Below are positions 18,527-26,921 of a stretch of DNA of 41,236 nucleotides, in pieces. A program made the position numbers and the translations under genes. Numbering within the stretch: the stretch's first letter is position 1; every line of letters starts with the position of its first letter. Below the pieces are notes generated by a model. That model saw nothing but the letters and a program-made list of their open reading frames with translations. It was not told where the DNA came from and made no database searches. Source of the stretch: a virus (Duplodnaviria; Caudoviricetes); IMG/VR virus record IMGVR_UViG_3300017989_000204, positions 1 through 41,236 of that record; one strand, written 5' to 3'.

Positions 18527-20226
18527 TTCATGGCCACCCGGTCGACGAGGAGTTGAGCGACCCGGCCGCTGACGTCCACCGGCACCATCTTCAGCATCTT
18601 GGCTGCTTCCTCCAGCGTCGGCTTCGGCGGGGGCTTGCCCTCGATGCCTTCACCCGGCTTGTTTCCCTCCTTGGGGGGCTTGTTTCCCTGCGCATCTGGC
18701 GGGGCCTGCCCGTCTCGGCCGAAACCTCCCTCCTGGGGCCCCTGTGGCGCCTCCTGGGGCGGCTCGACCTCGGGACCCGCAATATCCTTCGCCAACGGGG
18801 TGGGGACGCCACACCCGCGGAGAAACGCCTCTGCCTGCTCCTTGGTCATCTTGCCGTCGGCCTTGCCGATCAGGAGCTGGATCACCTGTGCAGCCTGCCT
18901 GCCGACGAAGTTCTGGTTGCCGTCCTCGTCCGGCGGCAGGCCGAGCTTCGTGCGGAACTCGCTCTGGCTGATGAAGCCCTCCTGCACGCCGAACTTCCAG
19001 TTGCTCCACTCCATCTGCGGGTCGACCGGAACCAACCGATCCCACCAGACCACCACGTCTTCGGTCCCGCCGAGTTGGTTGACGAAGTTCGAGAGCAAGT
19101 TCCCCAGCATGTCGAGGAACGCGTTGACCCGCTCGAAGAACCGCTTCTCGATGTTGGCCACCTGGGCATAGCCGCCGACCGACACGGCCTCGCCCAGGAT
19201 GTACGGATGAACGCAGAACGCCGAGAGGATGGCCGTCTTCGTCGACTTCTCCGAACGGTCCCATCCCATCTCCTGGCTGCTCATCGACAGCCGTTCGACC
19301 TTCTCGATCATCCCGTCGACGATCGCCGGGTTGCCGTAGTTGGCCACTCCTCCCATCAGCTTTTTGATCGCAGCGTAAACCTGCCGGCGCTGCGGGCCGG
19401 TCAACCTCGGCCGAACCTTTCCCTCGCTGAACGGGTCCTGCCCGACGGTGACCAGGGCACCGGGAAAGATTCCGTTCTCGAAGAACTTCTCCCGGCTCGA
19501 CCAGATGTGGTCGTCGACCCGGATCGCCGGCATCTGGCTGGCAGCCGGCGCGAGGGCTGCCATCGGATCGGCCGGGTTCGGCAGGTGGGCGAACGCCACT
19601 TGCTCCCGCGTCAACTCGACTGCCTCCGTTTCGGGCGAGTTGGGGTTCCTCATCTTGAACTTGGAAAACGGGCCGTCGCTGTGGTCGGGCGTGATCCAGG
19701 TGGTCGGCACCGAGTACAGCTCGAACCCCTCGTCCTCCGTCTGCTGCCCGACGATGTAGGCCCACCCGGTGAGATTCAAGCTGGCGATGAACGAGTAGAC
19801 GAACTGGAAGCGGTTCTGGATGGGATTGGGCTCCTCCAGCGTCTCCATCAACGGGTGGTCTTTCTCCACCTCCAGTTCGTCCACCTCCTTGAGCCACCTG
19901 GGAAGCAAATCCTTGTTGAACGACTTTTGCTCCTTGGGCTTTTCCTTTCCCTTCTTCTTGCCCTCGTCCTTCTTCGTTGCCACGCATACCGGCTGTTGAG
20001 CCCCGGCCATCGCAATCGCGTTGATCGCAGCATAGAGCACTCCCCTGAAGAGGCTGTAGCGTTCGCGGTACCTCGCTTGATTCTGCCAAGCAGAAAACGA
20101 AGCCATGCCGCCGGAATCGACCATTCCTGCTGACAGGCTCCCGGACGCCTTCAACTGCAGGGCATTCTCGTTGGCCGTCCTCACCAGGGCACGGCAGTTG
20201 GACAAGGATTTCTCGAGAGCGTTCAT
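18523..20226 (-). CDS. Portal protein (HK97-type)
   Basis: HPLMETLEEPNPIQ, LNLTGWAY, FFENGIFPG, ILSAFCVHPYILG and EFRTKLGLPP motifs. Confidence 0.92.
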   Translation of the reverse strand: MNALEKSLSNCRALVRTANENALQLKASGSLSAGMVDSGGMASFSAWQNQARYRERYSLFRGVLYAAINAIAMAGAQQPVCVATKKDEGKKKGKEKPKEQKSFNKDLLPRWLKEVDELEVEKDHPLMETLEEPNPIQNRFQFVYSFIASLNLTGWAYIVGQQTEDEGFELYSVPTTWITPDHSDGPFSKFKMRNPNSPETEAVELTREQVAFAHLPNPADPMAALAPAASQMPAIRVDDHIWSSREKFFENGIFPGALVTVGQDPFSEGKVRPRLTGPQRRQVYAAIKKLMGGVANYGNPAIVDGMIEKVERLSMSSQEMGWDRSEKSTKTAILSAFCVHPYILGEAVSVGGYAQVANIEKRFFERVNAFLDMLGNLLSNFVNQLGGTEDVVVWWDRLVPVDPQMEWSNWKFGVQEGFISQSEFRTKLGLPPDEDGNQNFVGRQAAQVIQLLIGKADGKMTKEQAEAFLRGCGVPTPLAKDIAGPEVEPPQEAPQGPQEGGFGRDGQAPPDAQGNKPPKEGNKPGEGIEGKPPPKPTLEEAAKMLKMVPVDVSGRVAQLLVDRVAMK

Positions 20227-20606
20227 CGGTCACCTTCCGGTGCAAGGGCCACCTGCCGCCGCACCTGGACGGCGACTTCTGCGTTCCACCGCTCCAGGTG
20301 CATCCGGTTGGCAGCCGTCAGTTGCGGCACGACCGTTTCGGTCAGTATCTCGTTCTCGTTCCGCAGGGACTCGAGGGCCTGCTCGTGTTGCTCGATCATC
20401 CTGTTGGCCTCAGCAAGCTGGACCTCCGCCTTCTCCCACCAGCCCTCCATCTTCTGGCGGGCAACGACCATCCGGCTCTCGGTCCTCTCGAGTTGCTTGA
20501 GCAATCTCTTCGCCCTGCGTTCCCACGAAGCAGCGAGCCGTCTGGCATGGGTGATCCTGCGGACCAGACGCCGCTGCTTCCACCACTCAATCATTCTCCG
20601 CAGCAT
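20223..20606 (-). CDS. Coiled-coil hypothetical protein
   Basis: 127 aa, heptad-like; coupled to the portal start. Confidence 0.6.
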   Translation of the reverse strand: MLRRMIEWWKQRRLVRRITHARRLAASWERRAKRLLKQLERTESRMVVARQKMEGWWEKAEVQLAEANRMIEQHEQALESLRNENEILTETVVPQLTAANRMHLERWNAEVAVQVRRQVALAPEGDR

Positions 20607-20925
20607 GATCTTCCCCCTTTTCCCCTTGTTCCGATTTCACTGCCGGCGGGCGGAACGGTGATCGCCTGGGCAGCGGCTCGGGCTGCTGCATGGGAACCAC
20701 CCCCTCGCACCGGACGGCTTCTTCGACCAGGTTCTTGTTGACGTCGCTGGCGAATTCAGCCAGCCTGTTCCCCGGAAACTTGAACGTGGTCCTCCGAATC
20801 TGGAGGCGGTCCCCGTCGTCGATCCACCCGACCACAGCGATGAAACGCCCGGATTCCTCGGCGTTCTTGGCGCTGTCGATCACATCCTGCAGCGCTTCTT
20901 CCATCGACTCCAGTTCTCTCAACAT
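20587..20925 (-). CDS. Hypothetical protein
   Basis: Start trimmed to MLRELESMEE; the longer track ORF overlaps the neighbouring gene. Confidence 0.55.
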   Translation of the reverse strand: MLRELESMEEALQDVIDSAKNAEESGRFIAVVGWIDDGDRLQIRRTTFKFPGNRLAEFASDVNKNLVEEAVRCEGVVPMQQPEPLPRRSPFRPPAVKSEQGEKGEDHAAEND

Positions 20926-20942
20926 GGTTTCATTCCCCGCAA

Positions 20943-21284
20943 CTAGGACATGTCGACCGTGCCGGGCCTGACCACCAGGCCCCACTCGTTGCACCGGCCG
21001 ACCAGTTCGCTCTTCAACTCCGAAGCCTTCTCGGATCCTTCGTACTCCTGTGAAACATCGTGGTAGTCGATGCCGCACGACACCTCCATCTCCAGCAAGA
21101 ATTCCCCATCTCCGATCTGGCACACGGCGTAGGCATCGAACTCCACGGACCACTTGACCGCCTCCTTGCGGTTGCCGTCCAGCGGGTTCTTGACCGTGTC
21201 GACCCACACGGTGCTGTCAACCACGCCGGAAGCCGTAGCAATGTTCTCGAGGAAGTCCTGCAGCGTTTGCGTCTTGACTCTCAT
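20943..21284 (-). CDS. Hypothetical protein (113 aa)
   Basis: GGGGAG upstream of start; backbone-like codon usage. Confidence 0.6.
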   Translation of the reverse strand: MRVKTQTLQDFLENIATASGVVDSTVWVDTVKNPLDGNRKEAVKWSVEFDAYAVCQIGDGEFLLEMEVSCGIDYHDVSQEYEGSEKASELKSELVGRCNEWGLVVRPGTVDMS

Positions 21285-21373
21285 GTTTTGTAATTAGACT
21301 CCCCTTCAATCCCACTCTCGTATCTTTGCCGAATGGAATCATCCCAAGGGCATTCTCGGAGGGCTGGCCAGGG

Positions 21374-22051
21374 TTATTCTATGTGACTGCCCTTAACCCC
21401 TACTACATCATTTACGTCAAACACTAGGAGTTGATTGTGGTGGTCGTTCAGAGGATCAACCTGCTCATAACGCAATGCACCGTACCCTTGAGACTTCAGG
21501 TATGCGGAGGTTTGTGTGTGTGATGAGATCAAGGCCAGCTTTTCTGGGTCTGGCGTAGACTTCCCTGCCGCCACCTCGGCCAGGTGGGGATTGACTATCC
21601 CATCCGCCCACTCCTTCGCTTTGTGCCGTACCTGATCCATCTCTGCATCACCGCGTACCGTCTTCACCTTATTGACGTTCACCCTGTACTCAACTACATG
21701 ATCTCCGTAGCCGGACGCCTGTCGCTTGCCTTCGCTCCCCTCCAGAAAGTAATAACCCTCTCCCAAAGCTGAGTATGCAGCACCTCCGGATTTAGAAGGC
21801 ATCTCTTCCGGGTGTCCCGTGCCCCGGTAGACTGGCCCCGGCACAGCAGAACCGCTGGACCACTTCTCAGCCATCTCTCTATCAACAAACCCTCCCCCAC
21901 TGCCACCACCACCCCGTCCGTGGCTCATCTGGTTGTGCCGGCCCTGAAGGTGTTTCTTGTCGTTCAAGTTCAAGCGCACGTCAGTCAGGCAGAACCGTCC
22001 CGGCTGACCGCTGGGCATTCCCATCGACTGGTAGAAATCAAACTCGTTCAC
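21374..22051 (-). CDS. Tagged effector: ART-PolyVal-like ADP-ribosyltransferase domain
   Basis: VYRGT...LGEGYYF...ASGYG..VVEYRV...LKSQGYG...QLLVFD. Confidence 0.65.
   Translation of the reverse strand: MNEFDFYQSMGMPSGQPGRFCLTDVRLNLNDKKHLQGRHNQMSHGRGGGGSGGGFVDREMAEKWSSGSAVPGPVYRGTGHPEEMPSKSGGAAYSALGEGYYFLEGSEGKRQASGYGDHVVEYRVNVNKVKTVRGDAEMDQVRHKAKEWADGIVNPHLAEVAAGKSTPDPEKLALISSHTQTSAYLKSQGYGALRYEQVDPLNDHHNQLLVFDVNDVVGVKGSHIE
21920..21955 (-). repeat. Tag copy 10 (precedes ART-PolyVal-like domain)
   Basis: Encodes KHLQGRHNQMSH. Confidence 0.95.
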
Positions 22052-22923
22052 GAGACCGGCTCCACCGTAATGACCTTGTAATCAACCTTGTACTTGTGGT
22101 TCCACGGATCCTCGTCGGGCTTCAACTTGTCAGCAGTTGACTTCGATCTTCCCTCTTTCAACCACACCTTGCTTCTCATCGTCTGCACATCCGTAACCCG
22201 AAATTTCGATCCTCTGGAAAGCAGTACTTCTTCTTCACCTTTCAATCTGCCGAATCCCAGATAATGTCCCCTCATCTTGCCGTCAGTTTTGACTCTCACG
22301 ACCGCCGAGTGGTCCTTTCCGCCCGACTCGTACGCGTGGGAAAATTCGTGGGCAACAGACGGATCCAAGCTCGTGGAAAGATATCCAGGAACTTCAAACT
22401 CATCCCCCACATCTACCTTCGACAAAGCCCGTCCTCCCCTGGCACCCAACCCGCTGTACAACACGATTCCTTCGGGAATCGGGGGAGCATCCGACAGCTG
22501 CTCGTCCAACCGATCTATCAGCTTCTCCACCGATTTCTTCGTGTACTTGGTGCCGTCCGGCTTGAAGTCAGTTCTCGTCAACTTGCCGGATATCAGATAC
22601 CCGTTCGCGGCATTCGCACCGTAGTTGCGGTATTCGTTGATTTCGCTGCTCTTGCTGGCCTTTCTTCCCTGCTCCAGGACTTCTTCCGACAGCAATTCCT
22701 TCTGGCGTTCCCTCACATATTTTCCGTTTCTCCCGGAACTGCCGGTCCCGTCCAACGCCGCTCTTTCATCTGGAGAAAGAGCAATTTCTCCAGGGCCGGA
22801 ACTCCTGCTTCTTCCGCCTCCCCGTCCGTGGGTCAACTGGTTGTGCCGGCCCTGGAGGTGCTTGCGCAGCTTCTCCACGGACGCCTCCAACCGGTCGATG
22901 ACTTTTGTATCTACTCGCATCAT
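22048..22923 (-). CDS. Tagged effector: VIP2/RSE-type ADP-ribosyltransferase
   Basis: LYSGL...GYLSTSLD..VA.EF...EEEVLLSRGSKFRV; ATGA-coupled start at 22923. Confidence 0.8.
   Translation of the reverse strand: MMRVDTKVIDRLEASVEKLRKHLQGRHNQLTHGRGGGRSRSSGPGEIALSPDERAALDGTGSSGRNGKYVRERQKELLSEEVLEQGRKASKSSEINEYRNYGANAANGYLISGKLTRTDFKPDGTKYTKKSVEKLIDRLDEQLSDAPPIPEGIVLYSGLGARGGRALSKVDVGDEFEVPGYLSTSLDPSVAHEFSHAYESGGKDHSAVVRVKTDGKMRGHYLGFGRLKGEEEVLLSRGSKFRVTDVQTMRSKVWLKEGRSKSTADKLKPDEDPWNHKYKVDYKVITVEPVS
22828..22863 (-). repeat. Tag copy 11 (precedes VIP2-like ART)
   Basis: Encodes KHLQGRHNQLTH. Confidence 0.95.
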
Positions 22924-23261
22924 GCTTCTCCGCTGTGGTAATCGACCATCACCTTCCACACCACGCCGAGACCCACGCTGGCATCTGGAACGGGGCGGCT
23001 CGTCACATCGTACTCTCCGTCGCTGAACACCAACCGGTCCCGCTCGTCCACACTCGGGTTGCTCGTGAAGAAAACCTTGTGGCTGACCGAGATGCTGCGC
23101 TTCATGGCATATTCACGCTCGCTGTCGCCGGCCGGCTGCCGCCAGCAATCCCTGCCGCTGAACAAAGTCGTCCAGCTGTCCTTCGACCCTCCCAACTCGT
23201 CTTGCGATCGGGTTCTTCGCTGGGCAGTGCAAGTGTGCGGCAACGCGTCGAGTATGCTCAT
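22920..23261 (-). CDS. Head closure / head-tail adaptor (SPP1 gp16-like)
   Basis: TAQRRTRSQDELGGSKDSW...CWRQP...SHKVFF...DRLVF..YDV pattern. Confidence 0.75.
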   Translation of the reverse strand: MSILDALPHTCTAQRRTRSQDELGGSKDSWTTLFSGRDCWRQPAGDSEREYAMKRSISVSHKVFFTSNPSVDERDRLVFSDGEYDVTSRPVPDASVGLGVVWKVMVDYHSGEA

Positions 23262-23281
23262 TCGTCTTCCCGTTCAAACAG

Positions 23282-23479
23282 TCAGCCGGCCTCGTATTGG
23301 ATCCCGTGATCGCCCGGATGGGGTTCCGTGTGCGGATTGTCCCCGTAGGCAATCTCCTCGGGTATTTCTTCGGGGAAAGCATTGCAGACCGGCCGTTCCG
23401 TAGCTTCCGTGCCATCCTTTTGACGGATGCCGATGTAATGCTTGCACTTGCGTTTCCAGCAATTCGGTACCACCAACAT
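23282..23479 (-). CDS. Small Cys/His-rich protein, candidate partner/immunity of the upstream zincin
   Basis: C..CKH...CNAFPEEIPEEI..G...H..P.PGDHGIQYE; directly follows the metallopeptidase cassette. Confidence 0.65.
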   Translation of the reverse strand: MLVVPNCWKRKCKHYIGIRQKDGTEATERPVCNAFPEEIPEEIAYGDNPHTEPHPGDHGIQYEAG

Positions 23480-23504
23480 GATCGTTCTCTCTTGTCTGTC
23501 GAGT

Positions 23505-24437
23505 TCAGTCTGCCAGGGAGAATGTTCTTCTCTCCCCCTTCATCAAGTTCTGCAAGATCCGGTGCGCTGTGGGGGGCATCTTGGGTGATCCGTTCTTGCC
23601 CTGATTCGTTCGGTCGAACCGCGGATGGGTGTACATGCAGAACGCCTCGGCGAAAGCCTCGTGGGAGTTTGCCATGGCATACAGACTCAACCTGGCCGGC
23701 GAGTCTGGGTCATTCATGTTCTTGCTCGCTATCTTCTCATCGGCCCACTGTTCAAACTCCTTCCAGGCCGCCCGCTTCGAGGCCCTTCCATATCTATTGT
23801 CCAAATCATAGTGAACGTGATGCCCGATCTCGTGCCTGACTGTCCCTTCCACCGAAATGTCAACGTTGTGCTCGCCCGGAATGAGCGACATGGATTCGCT
23901 GTGCGAATTCAATCTCATCACCCTGCCAGATGCTGCTATCTCTGCCGTATCACCCCTCCAGTGATACTCACCAGCATAATGGTTGTAATCTCCACCGCCG
24001 ACTTGATCTACATTCATCACGGTGACCTTGTTTGGCACCAGATCAGCATCGGCATACAGCGGATCTCCCTCTATGGCATCTTTGCACTGCTTGGCTCCTC
24101 TGAGTCCCATGCGGAGTGCCTCCAACTTTTTTCCATCATCACGGTACCGACTGGCTTTGATTTCAGGCAAGCGGTGTTTCATGGCCACCAATGATGCATC
24201 TTCCTCGGTCTTGATGCCCTCCAGGGCCTTCTCGAAGTCGTCAGGAATGTCCTTGATTCTCGTGTACGAATTCTTGGGTTCTTCTTTTCCCGGCTTGCTG
24301 CTTCTTCCTCTGCCCGACCTTCTGGCCGATCCCCCGCCGCCCCTGCCGTGCGACAGCTGGTTGTGCCGGCCCTGGAGGTGCTTTTCCAGCCTCTTTTCAA
24401 GACGTTCTACGGCTTTTCGCAATCCCGGGATTTTCAT
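23505..24437 (-). CDS. Tagged effector: HExxH zincin metallopeptidase
   Basis: Start MKIPGLRK (ATGA overlap); RHEIGHHVH...SLYAMANSHEAFAEAF. Confidence 0.8.
   Translation of the reverse strand: MKIPGLRKAVERLEKRLEKHLQGRHNQLSHGRGGGGSARRSGRGRSSKPGKEEPKNSYTRIKDIPDDFEKALEGIKTEEDASLVAMKHRLPEIKASRYRDDGKKLEALRMGLRGAKQCKDAIEGDPLYADADLVPNKVTVMNVDQVGGGDYNHYAGEYHWRGDTAEIAASGRVMRLNSHSESMSLIPGEHNVDISVEGTVRHEIGHHVHYDLDNRYGRASKRAAWKEFEQWADEKIASKNMNDPDSPARLSLYAMANSHEAFAEAFCMYTHPRFDRTNQGKNGSPKMPPTAHRILQNLMKGERRTFSLAD
24348..24383 (-). repeat. Tag copy 12 (precedes zincin)
   Basis: Encodes KHLQGRHNQLSH. Confidence 0.95.
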
Positions 24438-24616
24438 TCGCCCATGTTGCCCGTGAGTATCGTGACCGTGACCGTGTTGATCAAGAACAATGCTTCTTCC
24501 CTCGTCAACCCGTGCTCCAAGCATCCCTGCATCATGCCTCCCCACAGTGCCGGGTATATCTCCTTCATCCCGGACACCGCTTGGTCCATGTCGGCCACCT
24601 TCTTCGGGTCGATCAT
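24434..24616 (-). CDS. Hypothetical protein (60 aa)
   Basis: ATGA-coupled on both sides; G.TREEAL helical motif. Confidence 0.55.
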   Translation of the reverse strand: MIDPKKVADMDQAVSGMKEIYPALWGGMMQGCLEHGLTREEALFLINTVTVTILTGNMGE

Positions 24617-24699
24617 AGTAAATTTGTGCCTTTCATAGTTGCAGACAGTTCATCAGACAAATCGGGCACCGACTCTTGAAAATCAACGATGGGTATCAT
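24613..24699 (-). CDS. 28-aa sORF MIPIVDFQESVPDLSDELSATMKGTNLL
   Basis: Not in the ORF track; ATGA overlap with the upstream ART stop and with the downstream start. Confidence 0.45.
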   Translation of the reverse strand: MIPIVDFQESVPDLSDELSATMKGTNLL

Positions 24700-25436
24700 T
24701 TGAAATCTCCCACAAAAAACACGCCCGTCTGCTTGACCTTCACAACAGTTACTTCTCGTTCTTCCTCGTTTTCATCATCCCAAACCATCTTTTTTGACTT
24801 CCCTGTGATCTTGAACTTGCCGCCAGAAACAATCTCTGATTCCATTCCATCGCCGTAAGTATTGTGTGCTCCCTTGTACCCACCTTCAACTTGCAAAATC
24901 ACCCCGTTCTTTTTGGTAGTAGTTGCATAAGCATTGGCTACTCGTTGATCCATCGTAAACGATTTCGGCCCGGCGATTTGAAATTCACCGCCTTCATCTA
25001 GGCTTGAAATGATCTTGGCATCACGCGATCTGCCAATTCCCCTGTAGATTGTTTCTTTTCTTACTGGAGAATCCGCTATGACATTGATCACTGTTGAAGC
25101 ATCTTTTTCATCAGCAGATTTCGGTATCTTTCCTGATTTCACCAAACGAGCACCCACCTTGCTCAACTTTGATGCATCTTCATCATCCGTCCATCGGCCA
25201 AATGCCTTCTCTGCTGCCCTGCCTTGCTCAGTATTTCTGTAATCATCCGTCTTGTCCTTGGACCAATCCATGGCTGCAGCTATCGACTTGAATTCACCTG
25301 AAGAATCACCGGAATTTGCAGCTACGCCGCCTCCTCCTCCTCTGCCGTGGCTCATCTGGTTGTGGCGGCCCTGGAGGTGCTTGACCGCCAGTTCAAGCAT
25401 CTCCATCGACCTCAGCAGCTTGCTTGTGAGTTTCAT
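24696..25436 (-). CDS. Tagged effector: VIP2/RSE-type ADP-ribosyltransferase
   Basis: Start MKLTSK (ATGA overlap); IYRGI...KSFT.D..VA..YA...ESEIV.GGKFKI. Confidence 0.75.
   Translation of the reverse strand: MKLTSKLLRSMEMLELAVKHLQGRHNQMSHGRGGGGGVAANSGDSSGEFKSIAAAMDWSKDKTDDYRNTEQGRAAEKAFGRWTDDEDASKLSKVGARLVKSGKIPKSADEKDASTVINVIADSPVRKETIYRGIGRSRDAKIISSLDEGGEFQIAGPKSFTMDQRVANAYATTTKKNGVILQVEGGYKGAHNTYGDGMESEIVSGGKFKITGKSKKMVWDDENEEEREVTVVKVKQTGVFFVGDFK
25347..25382 (-). repeat. Tag copy 13 (precedes VIP2-like ART)
   Basis: Encodes KHLQGRHNQMSH. Confidence 0.95.
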
Positions 25437-26233
25437 TCTGCCAGCTTCGCCCCCATGTTGATGTAGTCGGCCAGCCGTTCCTTCGATTCCTCGATCAAGT
25501 CCCACTGCCCGCCCATCAGCCTGGACAGGGCCGAACCGTCCGTGCCGTAGCTGTAGTCGCCGAGGCTCTCGTTCGTGACCGGGCCGGACGCCCACCCAGC
25601 ACCCGTCTGCTTCTTCCATGCCATCACCTTCTTCACCCGCCGGCATGCTTCGGCGATGACCGATTCGAGGATGGGAGACGCGTCGACCAACTGCTTCTGC
25701 CCGTGGAACTCGGCGGCCGAATAGCCTGCCGTGTACGTGATCTTGACCGAACCCGGGGTGGTCGGCCAGAGACCCTGGCTTCTTATTATCCCGTCCATGC
25801 AGATGCCGTTACCGTCGTCGTCAAGTCCACCGTAGTCGGGCCAGTAATCTTCGCCAGCCGTTTTCAACGAGGACGAGTCGAAGCTGCCGGAACGGGTGCC
25901 GAACCGGCCGTCGTAGTCGATCCAGACGTTTGCGATCGACCGGACCGGGATGTGCTGAACTTGCAACTCCATCGACACGGCATCGGCGAACTGCCGCTGG
26001 TAGGCAGTCGTGTCCGCCACTTCCCAGACAGCGACCGACGCCTGGTTGGACAGGTCCATCCTGGGATAGTATTCAGTTCGTGTTCGGCGAACTGGGTCGT
26101 AGCCGATGTACCGAGCAACTGCCCCCTCGGCCCGCTTGATGGCAATGTCGGCCACGGCCCGTTCCTCATCGGTCACTGACGAGGACAAGCCCAAGTCGAG
26201 CAGAACTTCGCTGATGTCGGCAATGTTGCCCAT
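25433..26233 (-). CDS. Head-tail connector/adaptor (HK97 gp6/SPP1 gp15-like, extended)
   Basis: IKRAEGAVARYIG...VKITYTAGY...ESLGDYSY motifs. Confidence 0.75.
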   Translation of the reverse strand: MGNIADISEVLLDLGLSSSVTDEERAVADIAIKRAEGAVARYIGYDPVRRTRTEYYPRMDLSNQASVAVWEVADTTAYQRQFADAVSMELQVQHIPVRSIANVWIDYDGRFGTRSGSFDSSSLKTAGEDYWPDYGGLDDDGNGICMDGIIRSQGLWPTTPGSVKITYTAGYSAAEFHGQKQLVDASPILESVIAEACRRVKKVMAWKKQTGAGWASGPVTNESLGDYSYGTDGSALSRLMGGQWDLIEESKERLADYINMGAKLAE

Positions 26234-26241
26234 GCGTGCTC

Positions 26242-26580
26242 CTAGAACTCAAAGTGGCTGGGGACCAGCCGGTAAACGACCGTGCCCACCGTGGCAACCC
26301 CGGCGGTCAAAACGATGTTCAAGTTCTCGCCGGTCGTGCAGCGGAGCCATCCACCGTCCATCTCGGGCAGCACGGCCGGTCCCGACTCCTCCCGCAGATG
26401 CATGCTCAAGAGGTTTGTGCCCGACGCATCCTGCAGGGTCGCCTGCTGGTCGTTGTTTGCCGAAAGCACGGCTCCCACGACAACGATGTCGTAACCGGCC
26501 TGTCCTGCCAGAACAAGGTGGGTTGCTGCCGTGTTCCGGTCGATGGCCACTCGGGCCAAGTTCAGTGCTCTGTCAGCCAT
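26242..26580 (-). CDS. Hypothetical beta-rich protein, probably structural
   Basis: GGAGG RBS before MADRAL. Confidence 0.55.
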   Translation of the reverse strand: MADRALNLARVAIDRNTAATHLVLAGQAGYDIVVVGAVLSANNDQQATLQDASGTNLLSMHLREESGPAVLPEMDGGWLRCTTGENLNIVLTAGVATVGTVVYRLVPSHFEF

Positions 26581-26921
26581 CACGAATCCTCCAATTGAAA
26601 CACTTGACGTGAAACATTCTTCCACTCCCCGCCGCCGTCGTCGCCGTCGTAGAAGTCGACGAACAGCGTGTACGTTCCCGCGTCGACATCAGCCAAGTCC
26701 TGGGCATCGAGTCGGAGCCGGTTGGCTGCTCCCTTCGTGATGCTCGAACCGTTTGCAGTTGTGGCATCGCTGGACACGGTGAGCTTGGCCGTTTTGCCAA
26801 CTCGCCCGATGATCACCCTCACCTTGTCGTTGGCTCCCGGCGTGACCGTGTTGCCGTCGGCATCCGTGATCGTGATGTCCTTCTGGATGCCCCTCGACTT
26901 GTAGGCATAGAACAGGCTCAT
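26580..26921 (-). CDS. Ig-like structural protein (possibly BppU N-like)
   Basis: ITITDADG...RLDAQDLADVDAGTYTLFVDF. Confidence 0.5.
   Translation of the reverse strand: MSLFYAYKSRGIQKDITITDADGNTVTPGANDKVRVIIGRVGKTAKLTVSSDATTANGSSITKGAANRLRLDAQDLADVDAGTYTLFVDFYDGDDGGGEWKNVSRQVFQLEDS

Noticed and set aside
18650-20245. Alternate-frame minus ORFs of over 500 aa overlapping portal (18650-20245) and TerL (37145-38689)
   Set aside because: Arg/Gly/Pro-rich off-frame translations produced by codon bias.
11101-25382. The 36-bp tag repeats as a CRISPR array or integron attC sites
   Set aside because: Spacing is about 0.5-3.6 kb and irregular, all copies are in-frame coding, variation is mostly synonymous, and there is no cas or integrase gene or attC-type structure.
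11101-25382. Tag 'HN' as an intein or self-splicing C-terminus
   Set aside because: HN is followed by Gln rather than Cys/Ser/Thr, and no Hint domain lies upstream.
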